Positions 40,477-51,942 of a DNA stretch of 64,000 nt are shown piece by piece. The notes under the pieces are model-generated. The model had not been told where the DNA came from. It ran no database searches and worked only from the letters and a program-made list of their open reading frames with translations. The position numbers were made by a program, and so were the translations under genes. Source of the DNA: Bdellovibrionota bacterium. Lineage in GTDB: Bacteria; Bdellovibrionota_G; JALEGL01; DATDPG01. Position 1 is the first letter of the stretch. Each line of letters starts with the position of its first letter. The stretch lies in contig OY764265.1 of the NCBI GenBank assembly GCA_963668355.1, positions 736,001 through 800,000 on the forward strand, given 5' to 3'.

Positions 40477-42594
40477 TCAACCTTCTTTCCTCTTCAGCGA
40501 AATTACATTGTCCCCTGAGGTTTGTTGCGGGTGCCTTTGGCAGTATTCTTTAACGGCGCGCAAAACATCCCCTCCTTTGACCAAGCCCTGGAAACGCTTC
40601 ATCAACGGACGCATCAATGCATCGACTCTTTTTTTCTCCTCTGCATAAAAAGGCTGATCTCGCTCTCCACAAAGTCTGGATATTTCCTCATCACCGATCT
40701 TGAGTGGAACCTTTCCCTGAACCAATTCCGGGAATTCTTCCATAAGAATGGCCTCCAAGCGCTGCTTCGAATGGAGATGATCTTGTTCTGCCGGAACCCC
40801 TTTGGAACGCAACAACGCCAATCGCTCCAGGAGCCAAGGCAGCCCTTCACGATGAAACTTTCCTTCAACCACCAAACCAAAGACCAAACGCAGATCCTCT
40901 TTTCCAAGACCATCTGCCGGAATGCCTTTTCTGCGAAGTGAAGTTAAGACTTCCAATAAGCCCCATGCCACAATCTTTGCGCTTTGCTGCGCTTCCGGAG
41001 TTTTCATAAGCTCCAGAAACAGATCAAAATGTGGCGAAATCACCATCGCAGGCAACCATTGGTCAGGAAGAGACAGATGGGAAAGCGCCTCCTCTCTCTT
41101 CCAAGGAGTAAGAGGTAGATGCGCTTCGATTTCCTGGGTTTCTTCTTTGGAGAGAGCGATGGGTGGTAGATCCGTATCCGGATACATTCGATTGGGACCG
41201 GGCAAAACGCGTTCAAAATCGGTGTTTCCATTTTCCAGAGGCATTCGAGTTTCGTGTGGTACACCTTCCAACGCTTCCACCATTCGATCTTGAATTTCGT
41301 TCAACGCGGTTTGAGTATCTTTCTCACTCCCCCACACGATCACAATCGCATCTTCTTCCGAAGCGCGAACCCGAGAAACAATTTTGCTCCACTCAAACTC
41401 CGAGGGTCCGACCCACGGACTCACTTCGGAAGGAAGTAAATCGTGTCGAGCCATTCCAAACCCAACTTCCTCATCTCGAACAAAGAGATTCATGGGCTGA
41501 TCCAAACAAGCAATGACCCGGATTCGTCCACTCAATTCTTGAGGAAAAGCCAGACCCGGTTGAACCCAGGCCTTCATCACTTTTCGAGCTCCACGTATCA
41601 CAAAGGCTTTAGCCAACGCTCCTTGTTGAATGGCCTCCCTCAAAAGAGGGGACGAGGTATTTTGCAACAGATCCGTGATACCCGCGGATCCACCCCGAAT
41701 ATTTTCGGGATTCAAACCGAGCTTGATCAAGTGGTCTTTAATATCCAACAGTCTTCGTTGCCTGAGGGCCTCATTATGAACCAGCCGGGGAATCATCGAG
41801 ATACGACTTACACCTTTGATTTCAACCCTGCGGCCCCCTTCTACGCTCACATTCACGTCTTGCCTCGCCGCCCCAATTCCTCGACGAACCTTTCCCGTCA
41901 CACGCGCCACGCTTCCGATCAGTTCACAAACCTCGGCTACCTCTTGAGGTGTTTTCATGTCCGCATCCGTAACCGTTTCCGTTAAAGGCATGCTCAACCG
42001 ATCCGTTCGAAACAAAATGCGATGTCCCTCATCGGAGACTTCCCGACACGAGTCTTCCTCGATGGAGATTTGTGTGATTCCAATCGTCTTATCGCGAAAC
42101 GGAATTTGACCTCGGCCACCGATGATTGCCGTTCGTTGAAATCCGGTCGGAATCGAGCCATCCAGGTATTGCTTACGAACGACGTGAATCTCATCCACTT
42201 TTTGACAGTTCATGAGATAAGAAATTTCAAGGGCGATGTGAAGTGCCTGCCGATTCATCATAAACGGAGGCGTGTCATCCATTTCATACGTACAAACATT
42301 TTCCCGACTCAGTAAATAAACGATGTCTTTTTTGGTTTTAAACTCCATCAATGCCGTTCCGTCATACTCACCCAGTTCCGACAATGTGGGTCGCATATGT
42401 CTTAAAATGGAGGCATCATGCTCTTTGACATATTTTCCAGCAGGGCAATGACAAAACAGCTTTTTTTCAGTCAAAAGCTGTTGATGGACCTCAAGGCCCG
42501 ATTTAAATCCAAGATCCGCATAAAATGCATCGTCTTGAATCTCCCCATCCAGAGGTGAAAAAATTGAATTCACGGATTGTCCTTGTTCTTTCAT
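40477..42594 (-). CDS. gatE: Glu-tRNA(Gln) amidotransferase subunit E
   Basis: GLEVHQQL, RPTLSELGEYD, DGSIPTGFQRT, RRGIGAARQDVNVS, AspRS-like insertion, LPGPNRMYPDTD. Confidence 0.92.
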   Translation of the reverse strand: MKEQGQSVNSIFSPLDGEIQDDAFYADLGFKSGLEVHQQLLTEKKLFCHCPAGKYVKEHDASILRHMRPTLSELGEYDGTALMEFKTKKDIVYLLSRENVCTYEMDDTPPFMMNRQALHIALEISYLMNCQKVDEIHVVRKQYLDGSIPTGFQRTAIIGGRGQIPFRDKTIGITQISIEEDSCREVSDEGHRILFRTDRLSMPLTETVTDADMKTPQEVAEVCELIGSVARVTGKVRRGIGAARQDVNVSVEGGRRVEIKGVSRISMIPRLVHNEALRQRRLLDIKDHLIKLGLNPENIRGGSAGITDLLQNTSSPLLREAIQQGALAKAFVIRGARKVMKAWVQPGLAFPQELSGRIRVIACLDQPMNLFVRDEEVGFGMARHDLLPSEVSPWVGPSEFEWSKIVSRVRASEEDAIVIVWGSEKDTQTALNEIQDRMVEALEGVPHETRMPLENGNTDFERVLPGPNRMYPDTDLPPIALSKEETQEIEAHLPLTPWKREEALSHLSLPDQWLPAMVISPHFDLFLELMKTPEAQQSAKIVAWGLLEVLTSLRRKGIPADGLGKEDLRLVFGLVVEGKFHREGLPWLLERLALLRSKGVPAEQDHLHSKQRLEAILMEEFPELVQGKVPLKIGDEEISRLCGERDQPFYAEEKKRVDALMRPLMKRFQGLVKGGDVLRAVKEYCQRHPQQTSGDNVISLKRKEG

Positions 42595-42775
42595 ATTCTT
42601 AGCTCAATTCGGGCGGCATTGTACTCGTTTGAATTCCGAACGAAAGTGCATTTCAGTCGTCCTGCTCTTTCAAGGAATACTTCATTTTTTTACATATTTT
42701 CAACCACTTACTCTCATTTACAGTTTGCCTTGGACAGCCCCGGAGAAACGTGTATTCGAGTCGGGTAGGGTTAGA

Positions 42776-43354
42776 ATGAAGTTCTGGTTATTCCGAAAGA
42801 ACATACGACTCCGTGAAAACAGGGCGCCCGCCCTCCTGCTTTTGCTCATGTGCTTTGTTTTTCTCTTTTATGGATTCACAACAGAGTCCGAGTTATCCGA
42901 GCCGAAGGCCAAGGCCGCCTTTTTGTTCAATCTTGCAAAATTCGTCACGTGGTCCTCTCCCCGTTTTTCAACCGGGGATTCTCCTCTTCGGTTTTCCGTC
43001 ATTGGCAACACCGAAGTCAAAAAAGAACTCACCTCCATCACAAAAAACAAAGTCATCGGCACACACCCCATTGCCATCATGCAGGAAAACAAGCCCGCGA
43101 ATGCCCACATTCTTTTCATCAGCAAGAATTCAAACATCAAAATTTCCAAGCTCATGTACGCCTTAAGAAACCAGGGCGTTCTCGTCGTATCGGATGATCC
43201 TCGATCTTTTCGCGATGGAATTCACGTTCACGTCTTCATCCAAAAACATCGATTGAAGTTTCGCGTAAATCAGCTTGCCTCCAATAACGATGGAGTTCGA
43301 TTGCACGCTAAGCTTCTCTCTTTGGCCGATTTTGTCGTTTACAAGGGAGATTAA
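42776..43354 (+). CDS. YfiR-family periplasmic protein
   Basis: [31 protein letters not shown]. Start uncertain. Confidence 0.85.
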   Translation: MKFWLFRKNIRLRENRAPALLLLLMCFVFLFYGFTTESELSEPKAKAAFLFNLAKFVTWSSPRFSTGDSPLRFSVIGNTEVKKELTSITKNKVIGTHPIAIMQENKPANAHILFISKNSNIKISKLMYALRNQGVLVVSDDPRSFRDGIHVHVFIQKHRLKFRVNQLASNNDGVRLHAKLLSLADFVVYKGD

Positions 43355-45732
43355 TGAGGCGGATACGAGAAAAGTTTAAACTCGGAATTCAGGGAAAGTC
43401 CATTTCGTATAAAGTTTCCTCCTTAACCCTTGGAACCGCCGCAATCGCTCTTTTGGTTTCCACTCTGATCTTTGTTCTTTTTGACTATCTCTGGGAGAGA
43501 CAACACACGATTCAAAATCTTGAAGTTATTGCAGATTTGATTGGCGAACAAAGTGTGGCCAGTTTGGCATTTCAAGATGAAAAAGCTGCGGAAGAGCTTT
43601 TGGCCACGCTAAAACAGGACAAACAAGCCCTAAGTGTTTCATTGTTTTTGCCCAATGGAGCGCCGTTCGCGAAATATAAAAAAGCGGGGTTCCAAGAAAA
43701 CTTTACGCCCATTCTGTCCAATTCCAAACGAAGACGAAATATTGGAAGCAGTTTGGTTTTGAGTTCTCCGGTCATCTACAAAAATGAACTTGTGGGATTC
43801 GTTCAATTTGTAGGCGATCTATCCTCTCTCCGAACGCGGCTTTTCGTCTATGTGGGCATCTTGATGCTGGCATCTGGACTAGCCATGCTCATCGCTGCAA
43901 TGATCTCCCGTCGCCGGATTCAGAAGGTATTAATGCCCATTCAAAGTTTGGCTTTGGCGGCTCAAAAAATCACTACGGAAAAAGACTTTTCCGCCAGGGC
44001 TCAAAAATTTTCTCAAGACGAACTTGGCATTCTCGTCGATACATTCAACGAAATGGTCCACACCGTTCAAGAACGCGACAAGGCCCTGCAAATCCACCAA
44101 GGAAAATTGGAATCAGAAGTCAAAAATCGAACGGAAGAACTTCGCTTCCAAAAAGACCGTGCGGAAACCGCCGCTCGACTCAAAAGCGAGTTTCTGGCCA
44201 ACATGAGTCACGAAATTCGAACCCCCATGAATGGAATCATTGGCATGACGGAACTTTGTCTGGATACGCCACTGAATGAGGAACAAAGAAGTTATTTGGA
44301 GGAAGTTCAACGTTCGACAAATGCCCTCTTAACCATCATCAATGATGTGTTGGATTTCTCAAAGATCGAAGCTGGACGCATGTCTCTCAATCTAGAGGAG
44401 TTTGATTTGTCCGATTGTGTCGTGCATGCCATGCGCGCGCTCTCAATAAAGAGTGATCAGAAACAATTGGAACTCATTTGTGACCTGGATCCTTCGATTC
44501 CTGAGCGCCTCATTGGAGATTCAGGACACTTACGTCAAGTTCTTCTCAACCTTGTGGGGAATGCGGTCAAATTCACAAACGAAGGAGAAATCATTGTCCG
44601 AATGCGCCTATTGAACGCAGACTCCGGCAGCTTGACGATTCGCTTTGAAATCATCGATACGGGCGTAGGGATTCCAAAAGAAAAACAGAACATCATTTTC
44701 GACTCTTTCTCTCAAGCCGACGGATCGACTACGCGAAGGTTTGGAGGCACCGGCCTTGGCTTGAGCATCTCTGCAAAATTGGTGGAATTGATGGGGGGAA
44801 ACATTCACGTCACGTCCGAATTAAATAAAGGAAGTTGCTTTTCGTTCGATGCCAAGTTCGAGAAATCGCCACAAGCACTCCCATTTTTCAAAAAAGTGGA
44901 CTTTCAAAAACATGGAGAACAAAAAATACTCATTTTAGACGATAACCTGCCCCATCTGACCTTCCTCAAAGATACGTTGAAGGCGTTGGGCTTAAGCGTT
45001 GCTTCGTTTTCCTCTCCCCATGAAGCAATTTCATCGTTAACCCAGGCGGCCCAGCAAAACGAGCCTTTCTCACTTTTGATTTCTGATTGTCACATGCCTG
45101 AGATGAGCGGCTTTGATCTCGTTCAGCAAGTACGTGAGAAAAACATCCACGATCAATTGAAGATTGTGATGTTAACCTCGAATGCACATGGGGGAGACCG
45201 CGCCCTGTGCAAAGAGCTGGGCATTCATTCATGTCTCATCAAGCCCTTTATTCTCGGAGAATTCATCCAGGAGATTGCCTCCGCTCTGGGTGTTCCTTCT
45301 CAACAATCTACGCGAGAGAATCCTAAAAAAACGAGCCCCAAGCGAAATCCTGCAAAAAAATTGCGGATTCTTGTGGCCGAAGACAACCCGGTAAACCAAC
45401 GGGTGGTCAAAACCTTATTGGAGAAAATGGGACACACCGTGACCTTGGCCACAAATGGGAAAAAGGCATTGGAGTTCTTTCAGTCAAGCGTGTTCGATGT
45501 CATTTTGATGGATGTTCAGATGTTTGAAATGGGAGGTTTGGAGGCAACGCAAGCGATTCGGAGACTTGAATTGGAGAGAGAGACACACACACCCATCATC
45601 GCCATGACGGCTCATGCAGGCCCAGAGAATCGAGAGGCTTGCATCTCTTCCGGAATGGATGACTACCTTTCCAAACCCATCGAACCCCAAATTCTTTTTG
45701 AAAGATTGGAAGCCTGGGGCGCGAATAACTGA
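43354..45732 (+). CDS. Hybrid sensor histidine kinase (periplasmic sensor, HAMP, HisKA, HATPase, two REC domains)
   Basis: [32 protein letters not shown], two receiver domains; start overlaps the YfiR stop (TAATG). Confidence 0.95.
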   Translation: MRRIREKFKLGIQGKSISYKVSSLTLGTAAIALLVSTLIFVLFDYLWERQHTIQNLEVIADLIGEQSVASLAFQDEKAAEELLATLKQDKQALSVSLFLPNGAPFAKYKKAGFQENFTPILSNSKRRRNIGSSLVLSSPVIYKNELVGFVQFVGDLSSLRTRLFVYVGILMLASGLAMLIAAMISRRRIQKVLMPIQSLALAAQKITTEKDFSARAQKFSQDELGILVDTFNEMVHTVQERDKALQIHQGKLESEVKNRTEELRFQKDRAETAARLKSEFLANMSHEIRTPMNGIIGMTELCLDTPLNEEQRSYLEEVQRSTNALLTIINDVLDFSKIEAGRMSLNLEEFDLSDCVVHAMRALSIKSDQKQLELICDLDPSIPERLIGDSGHLRQVLLNLVGNAVKFTNEGEIIVRMRLLNADSGSLTIRFEIIDTGVGIPKEKQNIIFDSFSQADGSTTRRFGGTGLGLSISAKLVELMGGNIHVTSELNKGSCFSFDAKFEKSPQALPFFKKVDFQKHGEQKILILDDNLPHLTFLKDTLKALGLSVASFSSPHEAISSLTQAAQQNEPFSLLISDCHMPEMSGFDLVQQVREKNIHDQLKIVMLTSNAHGGDRALCKELGIHSCLIKPFILGEFIQEIASALGVPSQQSTRENPKKTSPKRNPAKKLRILVAEDNPVNQRVVKTLLEKMGHTVTLATNGKKALEFFQSSVFDVILMDVQMFEMGGLEATQAIRRLELERETHTPIIAMTAHAGPENREACISSGMDDYLSKPIEPQILFERLEAWGANN

Positions 45733-45926
45733 TCAAGATCAGACTTCCTCAAGGAGGACTTCAAATGCGCCGGAAAGCCCAATAACAAGGGACTTGAGCC
45801 TCGATGTTCCGCTGGACGGAAGGCCTCTTTCTCCTTACAATCCGCGCAGTTTCGCTAATTAAACGTAGTTTGTGAGGAGCTGTGGTGGTTCCTGTGCAAT
45901 CTAACTCGCACAAGGAGAAGAAGATT

Positions 45927-47861
45927 ATGAAAGATGTCTATCCGGTACAGAGCGCCTGGGCCGAAACGGGATTGTGCAACAACGAAAAGTACAAAGAAAT
46001 GTACGAACAGTCCGTGAAGGACCCAGAGGCATTCTGGGGAAAACAAGCCGAACGATTGGATTGGATTAAGAAATGGGATCGCGTCAAAAACACAAGCTAC
46101 GAAGGGGACATTGCCATCAAATGGTTTGAAGGTGGAAAAATCAACGTCGCCGCAAACTGTTTGGATCGCCACCTGGAAAAACGTGGAAACCAGACAGCCA
46201 TCATTTGGGAACCCAATGATCCCTCCCAAGAGGCTAAGCACATCACGTACAAGCAACTCCACGAAGAAACCTGCAAATTTTCCAACGTCATGAAATCCAA
46301 TGGCGTCAAAAAGGGAGATCGCGTCACCATTTATCTCCCCATGATCTGGCAGACCGCTGCTGTGATGTTGGCTTGCACAAGAATTGGTGCCGTGCATTCC
46401 ATCGTCTTCGCTGGATTTTCTTCCGATTCTTTGATCGACCGAATCAACGACTGTGATTCCACGTTTGTGGTTACCGCAGATGAAGGACTTCGCGCGAAAA
46501 AGACCATTCCACTGAAAGCAAGTGTGGACGAGGCTTTGAAAAAGTGTCCTCAGGTCAAAAAGACCTTTGTCGTGAAACACACGGGTGGAAACGTTGAGTG
46601 GAACAATGACCGAGACGTTTGGTACCACGAAGCCATGGAAAAGGCCGATGCGAATTGCCCTCCAGAAGAAATGGATTCGGAAGATCCACTTTTCATCCTC
46701 TACACCTCTGGTTCAACTGCAAAGCCCAAAGGCGTTTTGCACACGACGGGTGGATACCTACTCTATGCAGCTATGACACATGAGTATGTCTTTGACTACC
46801 ACGAAGGGGATGTCTATTGGTGCACCGCCGATGTGGGTTGGGTCACAGGCCACTCTTACATTGTCTACGGACCTCTTGCGAATGGTGCGGTTTCACTGAT
46901 GTTTGAAGGTGTTCCAAACTACCCTACACCGGCTCGGTTCTGGGAAGTTTGTGACAAACACAACGTCAACATCTTCTACACCGCGCCAACGGCCCTTCGT
47001 GCTCTGATGAGAGAGGGAACTGAACACGTAAAGAAAACCTCCAGAAAATCGTTACGCATTTTGGGATCTGTGGGAGAACCCATCAACCCAGAAGCTTGGC
47101 GTTGGTATTACGAGGTCGTGGGTGACGAACGATGTTCCATCGTAGACACCTGGTGGCAAACCGAAACCGGCGGAATTTTGATTACGCCTCTTCCAGGAGC
47201 CACGGACTTAAAACCCGGCTCGGCCACACGTCCATTTTTTGGGGTTCAACCCGTGATCTTAGATCAGGACGGAAAAGAACTTGAAGGAGCTTGTGAAGGC
47301 ATGCTCTGCATCAAAGATTCTTGGCCCGGACAAATGCGCACGGTCTTCAAAGACCATGAGCGATTCAAAATGACCTATTTTTCCCAATTCAAGGGATATT
47401 ACTTCACAGGTGATGGATGTCGCCGGGATGAAGATGGGTACTATTGGATCACCGGCCGAGTCGACGATGTCATCAATGTTTCTGGACACCGCATGGGAAC
47501 TGCGGAGGTCGAAAGCGCCCTCGTCGCACACCCGAAAGTGTCTGAAGCCGCGGTCGTGGGATTCCCACATGATATTAAAGGGCAAGGAATTTATTCCTAT
47601 GTCACGTTGATCGCTGGCGAAACGCCCAATGAGGATCTGCGAAAAGAGTTGGTGACTTGGGTTCGAAAAGAAATCGGCCCCATCGCTGCTCCGGATCATA
47701 TTCAATGGGCTCCGGCTCTTCCAAAAACGAGATCTGGAAAGATCATGAGGCGAATTCTTCGGAAAATCGCTGAAAATCAACCAGACGCGCTGGGGGACAC
47801 GTCCACCTTGGCCGACCCAAGCGTGGTAACCAATTTGGTAGAAGAGCGACTCAATCGCTAG
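45927..47861 (+). CDS. acs: Acetyl-CoA synthetase
   Basis: [50 protein letters not shown]. Confidence 0.97.
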   Translation: MKDVYPVQSAWAETGLCNNEKYKEMYEQSVKDPEAFWGKQAERLDWIKKWDRVKNTSYEGDIAIKWFEGGKINVAANCLDRHLEKRGNQTAIIWEPNDPSQEAKHITYKQLHEETCKFSNVMKSNGVKKGDRVTIYLPMIWQTAAVMLACTRIGAVHSIVFAGFSSDSLIDRINDCDSTFVVTADEGLRAKKTIPLKASVDEALKKCPQVKKTFVVKHTGGNVEWNNDRDVWYHEAMEKADANCPPEEMDSEDPLFILYTSGSTAKPKGVLHTTGGYLLYAAMTHEYVFDYHEGDVYWCTADVGWVTGHSYIVYGPLANGAVSLMFEGVPNYPTPARFWEVCDKHNVNIFYTAPTALRALMREGTEHVKKTSRKSLRILGSVGEPINPEAWRWYYEVVGDERCSIVDTWWQTETGGILITPLPGATDLKPGSATRPFFGVQPVILDQDGKELEGACEGMLCIKDSWPGQMRTVFKDHERFKMTYFSQFKGYYFTGDGCRRDEDGYYWITGRVDDVINVSGHRMGTAEVESALVAHPKVSEAAVVGFPHDIKGQGIYSYVTLIAGETPNEDLRKELVTWVRKEIGPIAAPDHIQWAPALPKTRSGKIMRRILRKIAENQPDALGDTSTLADPSVVTNLVEERLNR

Positions 47862-47884
47862 GCATTATTCATAATCTACAACCC

Positions 47885-47920
47885 AAGGGGGTTAGGACGA
47901 CACCTAACCCCCTTTTTTTT
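47885..47920 (+). terminator. Intrinsic terminator after acs
   Basis: GGGGGTTAGG-ACGACA-CCTAACCCCC followed by T8. Confidence 0.85.
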
Positions 47921-47934
47921 GAGAGGATTCAGAA

Positions 47935-49089
47935 ATGTTTAGAAAGTTAGGAATTCTTTTTTTCAGTTTTTTGTTTTTTGTCCCCGCATTTGCGGAAGAA
48001 ACTCAGACCCCAACCGACTCCGAAAGCCAATTTAAAGTGATCCCTTATGGGTACTTCAAATTGGACGCAGCCATGGACGACACCATCACCAACAATGAAG
48101 ACTATCCTTGGTGGGTCGTCGCAGGAGATCGAAACAATGCCAAGTTCACCATGCATGCCCGCCAGACCCGTTTCGGTCTGAATTTTTTGGGTTTGAAGGC
48201 CGGAAGTGCGGATGTATTTGGTCAAATCGAAGTTGATCTCACCAACGGCGGATCTGACACCAAGTATCTTTTGGGGGTTCGGCATGCGTATATGAAACTG
48301 AGTTGGAAACACGTCTCTCTTTTGGCAGGACAAACCTGGGATGTTATCAGCCCCTTGAACCCTAGTACTGTGAACTACATTGTACTTTGGAATGCGGGAA
48401 ATATCGGTTTTCGACGTCCCCAAATTCGCCTCACTTGGAACCTGCCCGTTCACGATTGGTCTATAAAAACCTCTGTGGCTGCCCTCCGAAGCGTGGGACA
48501 AGACTTTTCCTCATTGGGAGCTTCGACAGATGACGGAGGCGTAGACTCCGCCATGCCTGTATTCCAGGGGCGAATCGGACTCCATGGAAAATTGGCGGGA
48601 AAACCGACCCAATTTGGCATTTCCGGACATGTGGGAAGAGAAGTCTATGGATCCCTCTTGGACAAACAAACGACATGGTCCTTGAATGCGGACATCGTCA
48701 TCCCGATCACCGATTGGATGAATGTCAAAGGTGAATACTTTTATGGAAAGAACCTGGATGCCTATCAAGGAGGAATCGGCCAAGGCCTTGTTGCTGCAAC
48801 AAACACTGCCGTGAAGGCACAAGGAGGATGGGGACAGATCCATCTCAAATCCCCCTGCCGAAGCTTCGAAGGGAATTTAGGTGTCGGCATTGACAATCCC
48901 AAAGCCAGCAACCTTCAAACAGGTGACCGGGATTTGAACTATGTGGGATTTGCTAACGTTCACTACCTGCTTTCCAAAGAAGTTCGAGTAGCCTTCGAAT
49001 ATTCTTATTGGAAAACCAAATACGTGAATGCCACTTCCTCGGACAATAACCGTTATCAGCTGGCTTTCATTTACAACCTTCCCAAATAG
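47935..49089 (+). CDS. DcaP-like outer membrane porin
   Basis: Signal peptide; YGYFKLDA, ARQTRFG, RHAY, LAGQTW, RRPQIR. Confidence 0.75.
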   Translation: MFRKLGILFFSFLFFVPAFAEETQTPTDSESQFKVIPYGYFKLDAAMDDTITNNEDYPWWVVAGDRNNAKFTMHARQTRFGLNFLGLKAGSADVFGQIEVDLTNGGSDTKYLLGVRHAYMKLSWKHVSLLAGQTWDVISPLNPSTVNYIVLWNAGNIGFRRPQIRLTWNLPVHDWSIKTSVAALRSVGQDFSSLGASTDDGGVDSAMPVFQGRIGLHGKLAGKPTQFGISGHVGREVYGSLLDKQTTWSLNADIVIPITDWMNVKGEYFYGKNLDAYQGGIGQGLVAATNTAVKAQGGWGQIHLKSPCRSFEGNLGVGIDNPKASNLQTGDRDLNYVGFANVHYLLSKEVRVAFEYSYWKTKYVNATSSDNNRYQLAFIYNLPK

Positions 49090-49103
49090 GGAAAGACGCA
49101 AAC

Positions 49104-49137
49104 AAAAAAAGGGCGGCTCGAAAGCCGCCCTTTTTTT
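49104..49137. terminator. Bidirectional terminator
   Basis: A7-GGGCGGCT-CGAA-AGCCGCCC-T7 between convergent genes. Confidence 0.88.
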
Positions 49138-49149
49138 GGATCGAATCCA

Positions 49150-50400
49150 TCAATTCAAACTGGGCTGTTTAACGCGTGCAATGATTCCGGAAGCGATCAA
49201 GCACAGAACCCCGCATAACGTAAACGCCATCGGAAAGTTTCCGCCATCTCCCAGATAGCCTCCCAAAATGGGAAAAACAATTCCGCCCACGCCGTAGGCA
49301 AGAAACACCCAGCCATAATTTTGACCGATGAACTTGGCTCCAAACGTTTCAGCCGTAACGGTTGGAAAGAGGGCAAAGTTTCCACCAAAGTTAAAACCAA
49401 TGATCGTCGCGCCCAAATACAAAAGCGCCGGAGTTCCTGCCATCCATTGGAATAAAATGACAAATACCCCCTGAGAAGCCGTCATCAAAATGATGGAACG
49501 TTTTCGACCAAAAGAGTCCGAAATTGCGCCCCACGCGATACGCCCTATCCCATTGGCCAACGAAAAGAACACCGCCATGGCCGTTCCAGCAATCGCTGAA
49601 GAAGCCTCTGGAGACAAACCGCCCATTTGCAAAGCTTCTTTGGGAAAAAGCTTCATCAAACCAATGGTCATCAAGCCCGCGCCGGTGCCCACCAGCATCG
49701 TCACAAAAATCATATAAAACTGAGGCGTTTTCAGCATTTGACCGCTCATGAAATCAACGCCCACAGAACTCGCTTGCCCCTCACTGGGAGCAGGAGGAGC
49801 CCAGCCAGCGGGTTTCCAATCTTCCGGGGGATAGACCATCCAAATGCCTCCCAAAACAACCGTTAGAAAAAACACCACGCCATAAATGGAAAATGTATTT
49901 CCGAGACCTTGGTTGGCGATTAAATGTCCCCAAGAACCGGCCAATTTCACCCATAGCAAGGCACCAAAACCAAAACCGGCTACGGCAAGCCCCGTAATCA
50001 AGCCTTTTTTATCCGGAAACCATCTCATCCCCACAGCGATGGGAACGACATAGGCCAAACCAATTCCCGAACCGCCCAGAACTCCGATGAAAAATACGAT
50101 CGGCCAAAAATCGGTTCCACCGAACAAACCTCCTAGAAGATAACCCAGGCCCAAAACCACACCTCCGGCCATCGCCACTTTCCGAGGGCCCCACTTTGGC
50201 ATCATGCGTCCCGCAAACACCATAACGATGGCAAAAAACGCTAAACCAACCCCGAACACAACTTGAGTCTGAGTTTTGGTCCACCCAGCCTCGATCAACT
50301 TTGGCGTGAAAACCGACCATGCATAAATGGCCCCCAGCGAGAGTTGAATCAAAATTGCACCCAGCACAACCAACCATCGATTGAATACCTTCTCAGCCAT
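49150..50400 (-). CDS. OFA-family MFS transporter (monocarboxylate)
   Basis: GAIYAWSVF, WFPDKKGLITGLAVAGFG, NGIGRIAWGAISD, NYG. Confidence 0.92.
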   Translation of the reverse strand: MAEKVFNRWLVVLGAILIQLSLGAIYAWSVFTPKLIEAGWTKTQTQVVFGVGLAFFAIVMVFAGRMMPKWGPRKVAMAGGVVLGLGYLLGGLFGGTDFWPIVFFIGVLGGSGIGLAYVVPIAVGMRWFPDKKGLITGLAVAGFGFGALLWVKLAGSWGHLIANQGLGNTFSIYGVVFFLTVVLGGIWMVYPPEDWKPAGWAPPAPSEGQASSVGVDFMSGQMLKTPQFYMIFVTMLVGTGAGLMTIGLMKLFPKEALQMGGLSPEASSAIAGTAMAVFFSLANGIGRIAWGAISDSFGRKRSIILMTASQGVFVILFQWMAGTPALLYLGATIIGFNFGGNFALFPTVTAETFGAKFIGQNYGWVFLAYGVGGIVFPILGGYLGDGGNFPMAFTLCGVLCLIASGIIARVKQPSLN

Positions 50401-50531
50401 CTTCCAAGTCCCCTTTCTTTTGGGTCAAGTCAAAACCACAACAACGTTTCATTCATATCACTGAGAACGGTATTCGTAGAGAGAAGATTCGGTCCAAAAA
50501 CAAACTGATCTAAATCAGGAAATGGTTCGGC

Positions 50532-51938
50532 TTAGCGACGGAAGAATGTATCTACAAACTTCTTCATTTGAGATTCATCCTCTTGGAGTTGAGAGATGAA
50601 CGAAAGAACTTCTTCGACCAAACCACGAATCATGTCACATCGGTATTCAGGAATGGGAGCCAGTTTCTTGGTTTCAATTTCAACCCCTGCGATGCACATG
50701 AAGCAGACGTGTTGTGCCCAGCAATTTTGGCAAGCCAATTTTTGTTTGTTCATCTCCACAAAAACCTGCTGCACCTCTTTAAATTTTTTACCTTCAGACA
50801 ACTTTTCATCAAAAACGCTGCCCATTTCGTACTCATCTCGATCGGTCATCATCTGACAAGGAAACACTTTTCCTTCTGTGGAAACCGTAAATAGCTTTTG
50901 ACCCAGCTTCGTATAACAAAATTGATTTTGAGGCTTCTTCGTTCGCGTCAAAACATGTCTGAGGATTTCATTGATTTGCAAAAGAATGATGGGACGATCC
51001 GTGAGCATCGTCTCCAAAGAAAAGCGAGCCGCTTCCCGATAGAAGGGAATCAATTTTTGGTAGTAATCGTGAATGCCAACTTCATCCCCCGGAGTGGATG
51101 CCACAGGAGAGATTGTGATGGTCCTTACGCCATATTCATCTCGAAAAAACTCCAATAACTGTTTGGGAGTAATGCCTTGAGAGATATGTTTTGAGGTGAA
51201 AGTGCTTTCGATGTTCAGATGAACATCTTCCTTTTGCAACAAGCGCAGGCCCTTAGCTACCTTTTCAAACGTTCCTTTGCCTTGAGCATCTGGACGAAGA
51301 ACATCATTCACAACTTCTGGACCATCCAAAGAAACCGTGACGCTAAAACGTCGTTCACCCAAAAATCGAACATTCTTTTCATTTAACAATGTGCCGTTGG
51401 TGACAATGGAAAAGCGGGGACAGTCAACGCCCTTCTCCTTCGCCTTTTTTTCGGCATAGTCACATACAGGGGGAATCAACGATTCGTGAAGCATGGGCTC
51501 TCCGCCGAAAAAAACGATGGAACCGATGGCTGAATGCTGATCGAAGAATCGGTCAACGGCTGTGAAAGCGGTTGTTTCATCCATGAGCCCAGCTTTGGAA
51601 TTGTAGGTTCCACAATCTGCATAGCAATACACACATCTCAGATTGCAGGCGTTGGCGATATTCAAATACACCGTCGGAGGACGGTCCGGAAAAGAAACTC
51701 CTGACACATCAATTTTTCCCTCAACAATTTTTTGAATTTTTTCCTGCGCCAGAGCAATGCTTTCCTCGTCAATCCCAAGCTCTTCAGAAATGTCTTCATT
51801 CGATTTTCCTTCCTTCGCGAGTTTTAAAACATTCCCGATCGAAGCATTCAACCGAATCGAAGCAAAGGTTTCCGGAACAAAGAGCACCCACTCCTGGTCC
51901 GAAAGAAAGAGATGAAACCGATCAAGCCAGGACTTCAA
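50532..51938 (-). CDS. Radical SAM/SPASM protein with an N-terminal RRE-like domain
   Basis: CNLRCVYC, FFGGEP, SLDG; SPASM cysteines C..GKVFPC..CQNCWAQHVCFMC..C. TTG start 7 nt after GGAGGAG. Confidence 0.9.
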   Translation of the reverse strand: MKSWLDRFHLFLSDQEWVLFVPETFASIRLNASIGNVLKLAKEGKSNEDISEELGIDEESIALAQEKIQKIVEGKIDVSGVSFPDRPPTVYLNIANACNLRCVYCYADCGTYNSKAGLMDETTAFTAVDRFFDQHSAIGSIVFFGGEPMLHESLIPPVCDYAEKKAKEKGVDCPRFSIVTNGTLLNEKNVRFLGERRFSVTVSLDGPEVVNDVLRPDAQGKGTFEKVAKGLRLLQKEDVHLNIESTFTSKHISQGITPKQLLEFFRDEYGVRTITISPVASTPGDEVGIHDYYQKLIPFYREAARFSLETMLTDRPIILLQINEILRHVLTRTKKPQNQFCYTKLGQKLFTVSTEGKVFPCQMMTDRDEYEMGSVFDEKLSEGKKFKEVQQVFVEMNKQKLACQNCWAQHVCFMCIAGVEIETKKLAPIPEYRCDMIRGLVEEVLSFISQLQEDESQMKKFVDTFFRR

Positions 51939-51942
51939 AAGA

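Noticed and set aside
45855..46628. 257-aa antisense ORF, and similar shadow ORFs over other genes
   Set aside because: Antisense shadow of acs; no motifs.
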